A stretch of 64,000 nucleotides of DNA from the NCBI GenBank assembly GCA_002415855.1, contig DIAS01000056.1, positions 2,274 through 66,273 on the forward strand, read 5' to 3'. Below the pieces are notes generated by a model, which saw only the letters and a program-made list of their open reading frames with translations, was not told where the DNA came from and did not search any database. The translations under genes were made by a program, and so were the position numbers. Numbering within the stretch: the first letter of the stretch is position 1; every line of letters starts with the position of its first letter. Source of the DNA: Bacteroidales bacterium UBA5072 (GTDB taxonomy: Bacteria; Bacteroidota; Bacteroidia; Bacteroidales; UBA10428). This document shows, piece after piece, positions 56,164-64,000 of this stretch.

Positions 56164-56724
56164 TCACACATTCCCCAGTGCTTTGCGCCTTTTGTGCTTG
56201 AGGTTTTTAAAGTGAGATGGGGTAAGTCCTGTCATTTTTTTGAACTGGTTTGACAGGTGGGCTACACTGCTGTAATGGAGTTTATCCGCAATTTCGGTAA
56301 GATTGAGCTCATCATACACGAGCAGTTCCTTTACCTTTTCAATTTTATGAGCCAGGAAAAACTGCTCAATGGTAGTTCCTTTAACTTCTGAAAAAAGATT
56401 TGCCAGGTAAGTGTAATTGTAATTGAGCTTTTCGCTCAGGAAATCGGAAAGATTTGTTTTGATTTGTTCATCGGTATAATGAACCAGTTCAATGATAGTA
56501 GTTTTTATTTTTTCAACCAGGATGCTTTTTTTATCGTCCATCAATTCCAGCCCGGTTTTTCTTAAGGCAATGCTCAGATTAACTAATTGCTCATTCGAAA
56601 TATCTTCCATAATATCAGCTTCACCCAGTTCAACGGAAGTGTAATGCAACCCGAGCTTTTCCAACTCGGATTTCACCACCATTTTGCAGCGGATGCAAAC
56701 CATATTTTGAATGTAGATCTTCAA
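56164..56724 (-). CDS. AraC-family transcriptional regulator with N-terminal HMA-like domain
   Basis: (TTG)KIYIQNMVCIRCKMVVKSELEKLG is a family-typical N-terminus. C-terminal HTH LTEIADKLHYSSVAHLSNQFKKMTGLTPSHF. The ORF is open up to 56838, and the start choice (TTG at 56724 or ATG at 56703) is uncertain. Confidence 0.75.
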   Translation of the reverse strand: MKIYIQNMVCIRCKMVVKSELEKLGLHYTSVELGEADIMEDISNEQLVNLSIALRKTGLELMDDKKSILVEKIKTTIIELVHYTDEQIKTNLSDFLSEKLNYNYTYLANLFSEVKGTTIEQFFLAHKIEKVKELLVYDELNLTEIADKLHYSSVAHLSNQFKKMTGLTPSHFKNLKHKRRKALGNV

Positions 56725-56935
56725 ATATTGTTTAATGCTGATTTCTTGTCTCCTGCAAAGCAAATTTACAAATATTCGCTCCTGTTTTTGTGAAATGTTT
56801 AACTTCGCAGTCAGTTTTTCACTTGCCCGTATTTCCATTTAATTACCTATTAGGACTATTCCCCTGATAATCAAAATTCCGGGATTTGAAGCATAAGACC
56901 TTCAGATCCGATTGGTCATTTTAACTTCAAAGATC

Positions 56936-57574
56936 ATGAAACCACTTGCCATTTTCATTGCAATTCTGCTGAATTCTGCAGGAATAATTGAACCCCGGGA
57001 CATTCCTAAAAACATGGATTACGGAATCTGGAAAATGGTCAAAAACGCAGATGGCGTTCAGTCTTTTGTCCGCTGGACAACAACCATTGAAGGAGTGCGG
57101 GCACGGGAAAGAAAGGGAGAGATGACTGTTAATTGTACGCTGCAGGATGCTGTGCGTCTTCTTTCCGACGGAGGATCAACAGCAAAATGGATGTCAGGTG
57201 TGGATGAAAACTATGTTCTTGCCCGCATCAATGCCACTGAATGGTACACATATACGCTGTTCAGCATCCCATGGCCTTTTAATAAACGCGATCTGGTATC
57301 CTATTGCAGGTTGGTCTCCGATCCTTCACATGGCGTTGCAAACATAGCCGTGGTTTGCAAAGACAAGTATGTCCCTTTGAAACCAGGCATAACACGTTTA
57401 ACTGATTACAGGGCTACCTGGGTGATTACCCGGCTTGATGAAAAGAATGTAAGAATTTGTTTCAGTGCGATATCCACAGCGCGGCCGATTTTACCCAGAC
57501 CGGTTCAGGATCCGGTCATAGAATCTGCATTTCATAACAACCTTGTTCATCTCAGAGAAATATTATCAAGCTAG
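56936..57574 (+). CDS. START/SRPBCC-like lipid-binding protein with signal peptide
   Basis: MKPLAIFIAILLNSAG, then W.......GV....R........R.E..V and later W... motifs typical of START-like folds. The ATG at 56936 is preferred over the TTG at 56912. Confidence 0.5.
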   Translation: MKPLAIFIAILLNSAGIIEPRDIPKNMDYGIWKMVKNADGVQSFVRWTTTIEGVRARERKGEMTVNCTLQDAVRLLSDGGSTAKWMSGVDENYVLARINATEWYTYTLFSIPWPFNKRDLVSYCRLVSDPSHGVANIAVVCKDKYVPLKPGITRLTDYRATWVITRLDEKNVRICFSAISTARPILPRPVQDPVIESAFHNNLVHLREILSS

Positions 57575-57586
57575 GGTATATCAGAT

Positions 57587-59536
57587 TTATACATCCGTTT
57601 CCTTCATGTCCGTTCCGTTCCGGATGATAGCACTTGCCTGTTCACTCAATTCAAGCCAACGATCAGTTTTCTGATCGATTAAACCAATGATCTCACCAAT
57701 ACGGCCTGACTGAGTGACCAGTTCTTCTGGCTTAAGTGTGCCACTATTAAGTAAGGATTCGATCGTGCATTTTTCCTTTTCAAGATCCTCTATCTCAGCT
57801 GTGAGTTGTTCAAATTCCCTTTTCTCCTTGAAAGTGAGTTTTTTCTTAAGTGAACTGTCAGGTTCCTTTGTATTTGTAAGGGTAGTTCCTGCCCCGGTCG
57901 GTATTTCGGGGCGACGGGCTTCGATCTCCACTTGTTTCTGAGAAGCACGGTAATCACTGTAGTTGCCCGGAAAATCATAAACTGCTCCAACTCCTTCAAA
58001 AACAAAGAGATGATCAACTATTTTATCCATGAAAAAACGGTCGTGTGAAACAATAATGAGACACCCTCCGAAACTGTTCAGGTAATCTTCCAATACATTC
58101 AGGGTGACAATATCGAAATCATTGGTGGGTTCATCCAGGATCAGGAAGTTCGGATTGCGCATCAGCACGGTCATCAGATACAGACGACGCTTTTCACCTC
58201 CGCTTAGTTTGTCTACCCGTACATATTGCTTCTCAGGGGGAAAAAGGAAGTGGATGAGAAACTGTGTGATGGACAACTGGCGTCCGTCTCCCAGTGTGAT
58301 CACCTCGGCTATGTCCTGCAATACATCTATAACACGCTGACCCGGCTTAAAATCCAGGCCTCTTTGCTGATAATAACCATATACAACGGTCTCTCCCTGT
58401 TCTATTTTACCTGAATCAGGTGCCAGCAGTCCGGTGATGATATTCAGAAAGGTTGTCTTCCCAACGCCGTTGCGCCCGATGATACCCACTTTTTCGCCTT
58501 TTGTAAAGGTATAATTGAAATCTTCGAGTATTACCATATCACCAAAACGTTTGGTGACCTTTTCAAGCACCAGGATCTTCTTCCCCAGGCGCGAGGATTG
58601 AACACTGATGGCTACCTGGCGATCATTGCGACGGTATTCCGATTGCTTCTTCAGGTCATAGAATGCATCAATGCGATATTTGGCCTTTGTGGTGCGTGCT
58701 TTGGGCATGCGCCGCATCCATTCAAGCTCGCCGCGTAAGAGGTTTTGAGCTTTTTCGGTTTCTAATGTCTTGTTGAAAAGCCGTTCTTCACGCTTCTGAA
58801 GAAAAAGAGAATAATTGCCCTTATAGGAATAAACCCCCTGTTCATCAATCTCAATGATCTCATTACAAATGCGGTCCAGAAAATAACGATCGTGTGTAAC
58901 CATGAGCAGGGTAACACGGGTTTTCATGAGGTAGTCTTCGAGCCATTCGATCATTTCCAGATCCAGGTGATTAGTGGGTTCATCCAGAATTAGAAAATGC
59001 GGCTCGTTTATCAAGACGACCGCCAATGCCAGACGTTTAACCTGCCCGCCTGATAAGGCAGCTACCAGCTGATCTTCATCATTGAGCTTCAGCACACCAA
59101 GTATCTGCCTGATCTTTGAATCAAGGTCCCATGCCTGGTGAAAATCCATTTGTGCCGTGGCTCCCTCCAGTTTCTTCTGGTTATGTTCATGCAAGGCAAG
59201 TTCATAATCACGCACTGTTTCCATGAGCTTGCCGGGGGCCCCGTATACGGTCTGGAACAGGGTAAGCCCGGGGTCGAACTGCGGGTCCTGCTCGAGGTAG
59301 CCGGTTTTGAGGTCCCGGTTAAGGTAATAGTTGCCCGTATCGAAGGTATCCTTTCCTGCCAGGATATTCAGCAGGGTGGTTTTGCCGGAGCCGTTCTTTG
59401 CAACCAGCGCTACTTTACGGCCCTCATTCACGTTAAAAGTAATATGGCTGAATAGGTTAATATCACCGAAAGATTTAGAGGCATTTTCGACCAGCAGGCA
59501 CGTACTCATCTGTTGCAGGATTATGATTTCGTGCAA
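57587..59536 (-). CDS. ABC-F family ATPase (Uup/YheS-like)
   Basis: Two ABC cassettes (GKNGSGKTT ... LSGGQVKRL ... LILDEPTNHLD; GRNGVGKTT ... LSGGEKRRL ... LILDEPTNDFD), a charged linker and a C-terminal coiled coil. The start may be the internal MSTCLLVEN (59509). Confidence 0.9.
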   Translation of the reverse strand: MHEIIILQQMSTCLLVENASKSFGDINLFSHITFNVNEGRKVALVAKNGSGKTTLLNILAGKDTFDTGNYYLNRDLKTGYLEQDPQFDPGLTLFQTVYGAPGKLMETVRDYELALHEHNQKKLEGATAQMDFHQAWDLDSKIRQILGVLKLNDEDQLVAALSGGQVKRLALAVVLINEPHFLILDEPTNHLDLEMIEWLEDYLMKTRVTLLMVTHDRYFLDRICNEIIEIDEQGVYSYKGNYSLFLQKREERLFNKTLETEKAQNLLRGELEWMRRMPKARTTKAKYRIDAFYDLKKQSEYRRNDRQVAISVQSSRLGKKILVLEKVTKRFGDMVILEDFNYTFTKGEKVGIIGRNGVGKTTFLNIITGLLAPDSGKIEQGETVVYGYYQQRGLDFKPGQRVIDVLQDIAEVITLGDGRQLSITQFLIHFLFPPEKQYVRVDKLSGGEKRRLYLMTVLMRNPNFLILDEPTNDFDIVTLNVLEDYLNSFGGCLIIVSHDRFFMDKIVDHLFVFEGVGAVYDFPGNYSDYRASQKQVEIEARRPEIPTGAGTTLTNTKEPDSSLKKKLTFKEKREFEQLTAEIEDLEKEKCTIESLLNSGTLKPEELVTQSGRIGEIIGLIDQKTDRWLELSEQASAIIRNGTDMKETDV

Positions 59537-59704
59537 AGTTGCGCAAAAAAGCCAACCTGTAAAAATATAGCTACATGCGCTTGACTAATTAATGCAGAAA
59601 ACTTCGCTGCTAGCTGTAACCTTTACCAGTTATCATTCTTTTTTATAGCTTAGCATTTCTGAGAATTGGAAATTGAACGTGTCAGAAAACTCAAGGCATT
59701 CTGA

Positions 59705-60679
59705 ATGAAAATTGCAGTTACCGGGGCCTCCGGACATGTCGGGACAAACCTTTGCCGCATGCTGCTTGACCAGGGTCATCAGGTGAAAGCACTGGTACAT
59801 CAGGAAACAAGAAGCTTGTCTGGCTTGCAGATGGATTTTGTGAGGGGCAATATTACGTGTGAAACCGACCTGGTAGATCTTTGCCGCGATTGCGACGTGG
59901 TATATCATCTGGCAGCAACCATCAGCATGCGAAAAAGAGATCCTAAGTGCCGGGAAATCAATATTAACGGATGTAATAACCTGTTGAGGGCCGCAAAGAA
60001 AACTTCTGTTAAGAAAATCATCCATTTCAGTTCTATTCACGCCTTCTGTCCGGAACCCTTTGATCATGAGCTGAATGAATCGCGAGAGCTTTGTCTTAAA
60101 AGTACTTTTTCATACAACCAGTCAAAGGCATGGGGTCAGAAGATAATGTCAGAAGCCTCCTCGGAGGATCTGCAGGTTGTTGTTATCAATCCGACCGCCA
60201 TTATTGGCCCCAATGACTTCAGACCTTCCCTGCTCGGTATCGCCCTGCTCAGGTTTTTTAAGGGACAGAATCCGGGTCTTATACCGGGCGGCTATGATTG
60301 GGTTGATGTGAGGGATGTTTGTTCTGCGGCAATCAATGCCTTACAGTCAGGCATTGGCGGAGAGTGTTACCTGATCGGAGGCGGCTGGCAAAGCCTTGAG
60401 ACCGTGGTTCATGAAATCGGGAAGCAGGGCGGGCACAAACCTCCGCGACTGAACCTGCCCATGTGGATGGCGAGGATCGGTGCACCACTGCTTAATTTGC
60501 ATGCTCTGGTAAGCAATAAGGCTCCCCTGTATACTGCCATGACCCTGGATACTTTGGAACAGAGCCACAGAAATATTTCATGCAAAAAGGCCAGGTTAGC
60601 CTTACAGTACCAACCTCGTCCATTTGGTGAAACTATAGCTGATACCATCAAATGGTTTCAGGATAACAAATATTTGTAA
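59705..60679 (+). CDS. NAD-dependent epimerase/dehydratase family SDR (dihydroflavonol-reductase-like)
   Basis: VTGASGHVGTNLCRML; YNQSK catalytic motif. Confidence 0.8.
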   Translation: MKIAVTGASGHVGTNLCRMLLDQGHQVKALVHQETRSLSGLQMDFVRGNITCETDLVDLCRDCDVVYHLAATISMRKRDPKCREININGCNNLLRAAKKTSVKKIIHFSSIHAFCPEPFDHELNESRELCLKSTFSYNQSKAWGQKIMSEASSEDLQVVVINPTAIIGPNDFRPSLLGIALLRFFKGQNPGLIPGGYDWVDVRDVCSAAINALQSGIGGECYLIGGGWQSLETVVHEIGKQGGHKPPRLNLPMWMARIGAPLLNLHALVSNKAPLYTAMTLDTLEQSHRNISCKKARLALQYQPRPFGETIADTIKWFQDNKYL

Positions 60680-61437
60680 TGGAAAAGAGCGCTTTTACTA
60701 TCCTGTTGCTGGGGTGGATGATCCTGGCCTGTATTGTGTTTGCCGTATTAATGATCATAACGGCACCCTATGGACGACATTCCAGCAGGAAGTGGGGTGT
60801 TACCATCCCCAACAGCGTAGGATGGATCCTTATGGAAGCTCCGGCATTGCTGATTTTTCTGTATTTCTTCCTTGCAGGCAATGCGGATAAAAGTGCAACC
60901 GTATGGATCATAGTCATTTTATTTACCCTGCACTATATCAACCGGTCATTGGTCTATCCGCTCAGAATCAGAACAAAAGGCAAGGAAATGCCCTTGCTGA
61001 TTGTGTTCATGGCCATTTGTTTCAATGCAGTGAATGGTTTTGTCAACGGCTATTTTCTGGGCAGCCTGCAGGATCAGTACAACCTTTCCTGGATGTATGA
61101 CATGAGATTCATTGCCGGAACAAGCCTGTTCCTGACAGGAATGATTATCAACGTATCTGCTGACGAGCGACTGATACGTCTGAGGAAAAACAGCGGCAAT
61201 GGATACCAGATTCCTTACGGAAGACTTTTCAACAGGATCTCGTGTCCGAATTTTTTCGGAGAGATTGTTGAATGGGCAGGTTTTGCCCTGTTATGCTGGT
61301 CATTACCGGCTCTGTCGTTTTTTATGTGGACATTGTGTAATCTTGTGCCCAGGGCGATTGATCATCACCGTTGGTATAAGAGGCAATTTGCGGATTATCC
61401 GGCCGAAAGAAAAGCCGTAATTCCCTATTTGATTTAA
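60679..61437 (+). CDS. 3-oxo-5-alpha-steroid 4-dehydrogenase (steroid 5-alpha-reductase) family membrane protein
   Basis: Multi-TM protein with C-terminal ...CPNFFGEIVEWAGFAL...A..HH.WY...F..YP..RKA.IP. The start overlaps the upstream stop. Confidence 0.75.
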   Translation: MEKSAFTILLLGWMILACIVFAVLMIITAPYGRHSSRKWGVTIPNSVGWILMEAPALLIFLYFFLAGNADKSATVWIIVILFTLHYINRSLVYPLRIRTKGKEMPLLIVFMAICFNAVNGFVNGYFLGSLQDQYNLSWMYDMRFIAGTSLFLTGMIINVSADERLIRLRKNSGNGYQIPYGRLFNRISCPNFFGEIVEWAGFALLCWSLPALSFFMWTLCNLVPRAIDHHRWYKRQFADYPAERKAVIPYLI

Positions 61438-61521
61438 TGACCTTGGCAATGTGCTACAATAGAAAAGATTAATTTACTGAATTGTATATTTTTGTAAGCA
61501 AAGAATCAGGAGGAAAATTCA

Positions 61522-63108
61522 ATGAAAACTTCATGCAAACTGATCATAGTAATTCTTGCACTGTTTATTCCCGGAAGGTTCATAGCCAGTTCCAATGCCC
61601 AGCCGGTAAAAGTGGATGGTGGTTTGGTTGAGGGAACTGTTGAGAACGGAATTTCGGTTTATAAAGGGATCCCCTTTGCTGCCCCTCCGGTGGGAGATCT
61701 TCGCTGGCGTGCTCCCCAGCCTGTCAGAAGCTGGGAGGGCGTTCTGAAAGCCGATAAATTTGCCCCGGCCTGTCCGCAAATGCAGTTTGTTATGCCGGGT
61801 GCCGCAAAGCTGGAAACATCGGAAGACTGCCTCTATCTGAATATCTGGACACCCGCCAGTTCAGCCGGTGAAAAGTTGCCGGTATTGGTTTGGATATACG
61901 GAGGCGGTTTTGCGATGGGTTCAACCGCGACACCACTTTACAGTGGAGAGCAGTTCACGAAAAAAGGAGTTATCCTGGTCAGCATTGCCTATCGGGTAGG
62001 TCCCCTGGGATTTATGCCGCATCCTGAACTCACCGCTGAATCGGAAAATCATGTATCCGGTAATTACGGACTGTTGGACCAGATCGCAGGATTGAAATGG
62101 GTGCAACGTAATATCAAAGCTTTTGGTGGCGATCCTGAAAGTGTGACCATTTTCGGAGAATCTGCAGGTGCTATCTCTGTTAGCATGCTGGCTGCTTCCC
62201 CGCTGGCAAAGGGACTTTTCAGGGGTGCCATCAGTCAAAGCGGCGGTTCCTTCAGCCCGGCACGAACGGATAAAGAAGATGACACCATGCAACGTCTCAG
62301 CGGTGCAGAAACTTCAGGTGTTGAATTTGCGAAACGGATGGGAGTGAATTCCCTGGCGGAACTGCGTAAACTTTCTCCTGATGCCTGGTTGAAAGATCCT
62401 GCATCACAAATGGGAGGTTTCTGGCCTGTAATCGACGGGTATGTTATCACAGACGATCAGTACAAATTGTACAAAGCAGGACAATACAATGATGTGCCGG
62501 TGATTATTGGCACCAATTCCGATGAGGGATCCATGTTCGTCAGGCCAACAAAACCCGAACAATATACAGAAGCCGTACGGTCACGTTTCGGGCCCTGTGC
62601 CGACAGGGTTTTGCAGCTTTATCCGGCTGATGATGAACTTACAACGGTGAAATCCATTTCAGGCATATTCCGCGAAGTGGCTTTTGCCTGGCCTTCATGG
62701 ACATGGGCCCGTTTGCAGACGGAAACCGGTAAATCAAAGGTCTTTGTTTATTACTTCGACCAGCCCCAGTCCGCCTCCATCTTCCCTTTAGCCTATAAAT
62801 CAGACGGTGCCTCGCATGGATCCGAGATTGCCTATGTTTTTCAGCACCTCGATCAAAATCCCAATTCAAAATACACTGACCAGGACAGGACATTATCGGA
62901 AATCATGTCCACGTATTGGACCAACTTCGCAAAATATGGTGATCCCAACGGGAAAGGTCTTCCGGAATGGCCTGTTTTTAAAGATGGCGAACCAAATGTG
63001 CTGCATCTGAAAGGTACGCCATTCGCAGGACCGGTTCCCAACCTTGATAAGCTGGAATTAATGGAGGAGTACTTTACCTGGAAGCGGGCAGCCGGTGATG
63101 CACGGTAA
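61522..63108 (+). CDS. carboxylesterase/lipase type B
   Basis: Signal peptide, EDCLYLNIW, catalytic-Ser motif FGESAGA, and GGGF oxyanion region. Confidence 0.9.
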   Translation: MKTSCKLIIVILALFIPGRFIASSNAQPVKVDGGLVEGTVENGISVYKGIPFAAPPVGDLRWRAPQPVRSWEGVLKADKFAPACPQMQFVMPGAAKLETSEDCLYLNIWTPASSAGEKLPVLVWIYGGGFAMGSTATPLYSGEQFTKKGVILVSIAYRVGPLGFMPHPELTAESENHVSGNYGLLDQIAGLKWVQRNIKAFGGDPESVTIFGESAGAISVSMLAASPLAKGLFRGAISQSGGSFSPARTDKEDDTMQRLSGAETSGVEFAKRMGVNSLAELRKLSPDAWLKDPASQMGGFWPVIDGYVITDDQYKLYKAGQYNDVPVIIGTNSDEGSMFVRPTKPEQYTEAVRSRFGPCADRVLQLYPADDELTTVKSISGIFREVAFAWPSWTWARLQTETGKSKVFVYYFDQPQSASIFPLAYKSDGASHGSEIAYVFQHLDQNPNSKYTDQDRTLSEIMSTYWTNFAKYGDPNGKGLPEWPVFKDGEPNVLHLKGTPFAGPVPNLDKLELMEEYFTWKRAAGDAR

Positions 63109-63115
63109 ACCAATT

Positions 63116-64000
63116 TCAGTTCTCCACAAGAATAAACTGTACCGACAACGGCGGTGATTTAATCTTAAAAGTATTGGTCATGGACGACGAATAAGGTTTA
63201 ATGGTAAGCAGATCCTCAATCGGACCGCCCAGGGTCTTGCTCGGACCGATACCATTTACAAATACCTGCCATGACATTTCCCTGGCAGGTGATGCTTCGC
63301 CGCTCCTTTCATTGCCTCCTGTAAGGTTGTAATAGTAAAACCGCTTACCCGGTATGAAATTCATGAAATAGAACTGCACGGTTTGTGCAGTGGTTCCCTT
63401 ATTCATCAGGATGATCCCCATTTCGCCCGATGAAAACGTGGAAGGATAGACGATGATATCCGCAGTGGCACCGTCCATGGCATGATTCACCATTTTATCG
63501 CCCATGAAGTGCTGAAAGTAGTACATGTAGTAAAACATGGCGCGGGGATTTCCCCTGCCGGCCATCCCATCGGGATCGGTGCCAAGGCTGAACATGCCCA
63601 TGTCATCGCCTTTGCTTCCCCACCCGTTAACGACATCCCAGCGGTTGCCCATACCATATTGGTTCTTGATCATCTCTCCCAGCACCTGCACGGCGTGCAT
63701 ACCGTTGATGTAAGATGAGGTCTGGCCCGAACCTTCTGCAAAAATATTCCATTCAGTCATGGTAGTGGGTTTCAGCGGAAGGCCGTTTTTGACAGTTTCG
63801 TTCTTTGTTTTACCGGGGTAATAGGCAACCTCTGTCCTTACCGAGTTAAGAATTGATTTCGCGTTGGAATTCTGTCCGTAAGGTGTGAAATAGGTATGAT
63901 CAACCATCCAGTCGGGCGAATTCCCTGCTCCTTCAAAAACGCCAACGTCATTCTGTGAACCTATGTATATCGTATGACCAAATTCTGCAGCCGCTTTGCG
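63116..64000 (-). CDS. probable glycoside hydrolase (TIM-barrel catalytic domain plus C-terminal beta-sandwich), 5' end outside the window
   Basis: The frame stays open from 63907 to the window edge (...EFGHTIYIGSQNDVGVFEGAGNSPDWMVDH...). TMTEWNIF resembles a clan GH-A nucleophile motif. Family not assigned. Confidence 0.35.
   Translation of the reverse strand, partial: RKAAAEFGHTIYIGSQNDVGVFEGAGNSPDWMVDHTYFTPYGQNSNAKSILNSVRTEVAYYPGKTKNETVKNGLPLKPTTMTEWNIFAEGSGQTSSYINGMHAVQVLGEMIKNQYGMGNRWDVVNGWGSKGDDMGMFSLGTDPDGMAGRGNPRAMFYYMYYFQHFMGDKMVNHAMDGATADIIVYPSTFSSGEMGIILMNKGTTAQTVQFYFMNFIPGKRFYYYNLTGGNERSGEASPAREMSWQVFVNGIGPSKTLGGPIEDLLTIKPYSSSMTNTFKIKSPPLSVQFILVEN

Noticed and set aside
1-64000. 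Mobile elements, prophage, CRISPR, tRNA/rRNA
   Set aside because: No transposase, integrase or recombinase motifs were seen. There are no terminal inverted repeats flanking the accessory-looking regions and no tRNA-like or rRNA-like sequence. The rSAM cluster shows no obvious island boundaries within the window.

Overview
This is a 64 kb Bacteroidota-type chromosomal segment. The phylum call rests on a T9SS C-terminal sorting domain, arrays of FtsX/MacB permeases ending in NPVEALRYE, a Y_Y_Y propeller sensor kinase, DUF5916 and lipoprotein LxxC signals. Gene density is high. I saw no rRNA, tRNA, CRISPR array, transposase or integrase.

Gene order:
- 1-2.7 kb: citrate-lyase accessory genes (citX/citG fusion, citC).
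- 2.8-7.2 kb: small housekeeping and regulatory genes.
- 7.3-20.9 kb: the standout region. Two convergent, translationally coupled operons carry six radical-SAM domains, four of them with SPASM-type C-terminal Cys clusters. They also carry two PqqD-like (RRE-like) proteins, an aldo/keto-reductase Fe-S protein and a T9SS-sorted 8-bladed beta-propeller. Among them sits a 136-aa ORF whose last 80 residues contain 22 Cys in CxC/CxxC arrays.
- 21-37.5 kb: two paralogous sensor kinase plus sigma-54 (NtrC-type) regulator pairs, each divergent from a MacB-type ABC gene that has a readable -24/-12 element. One ATPase serves four FtsX permeases.
- 37.6-64 kb: a propeller sensor kinase, DUF5916, a GIN-domain lipoprotein and a Tat-like-signal WD40 protein. 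These are followed by a stress-protein island, a GH130/GT4 pair, ABC-F, SDR enzymes and a carboxylesterase.

The WD40 protein has a C-terminal CxCD tail ending in YWYPN, which echoes the Cys-rich ORF ending in YWYPC. An unannotated 27-aa TCTCDC micro-ORF lies just upstream of it.

All family calls come from motif recognition by eye. No searches were run.
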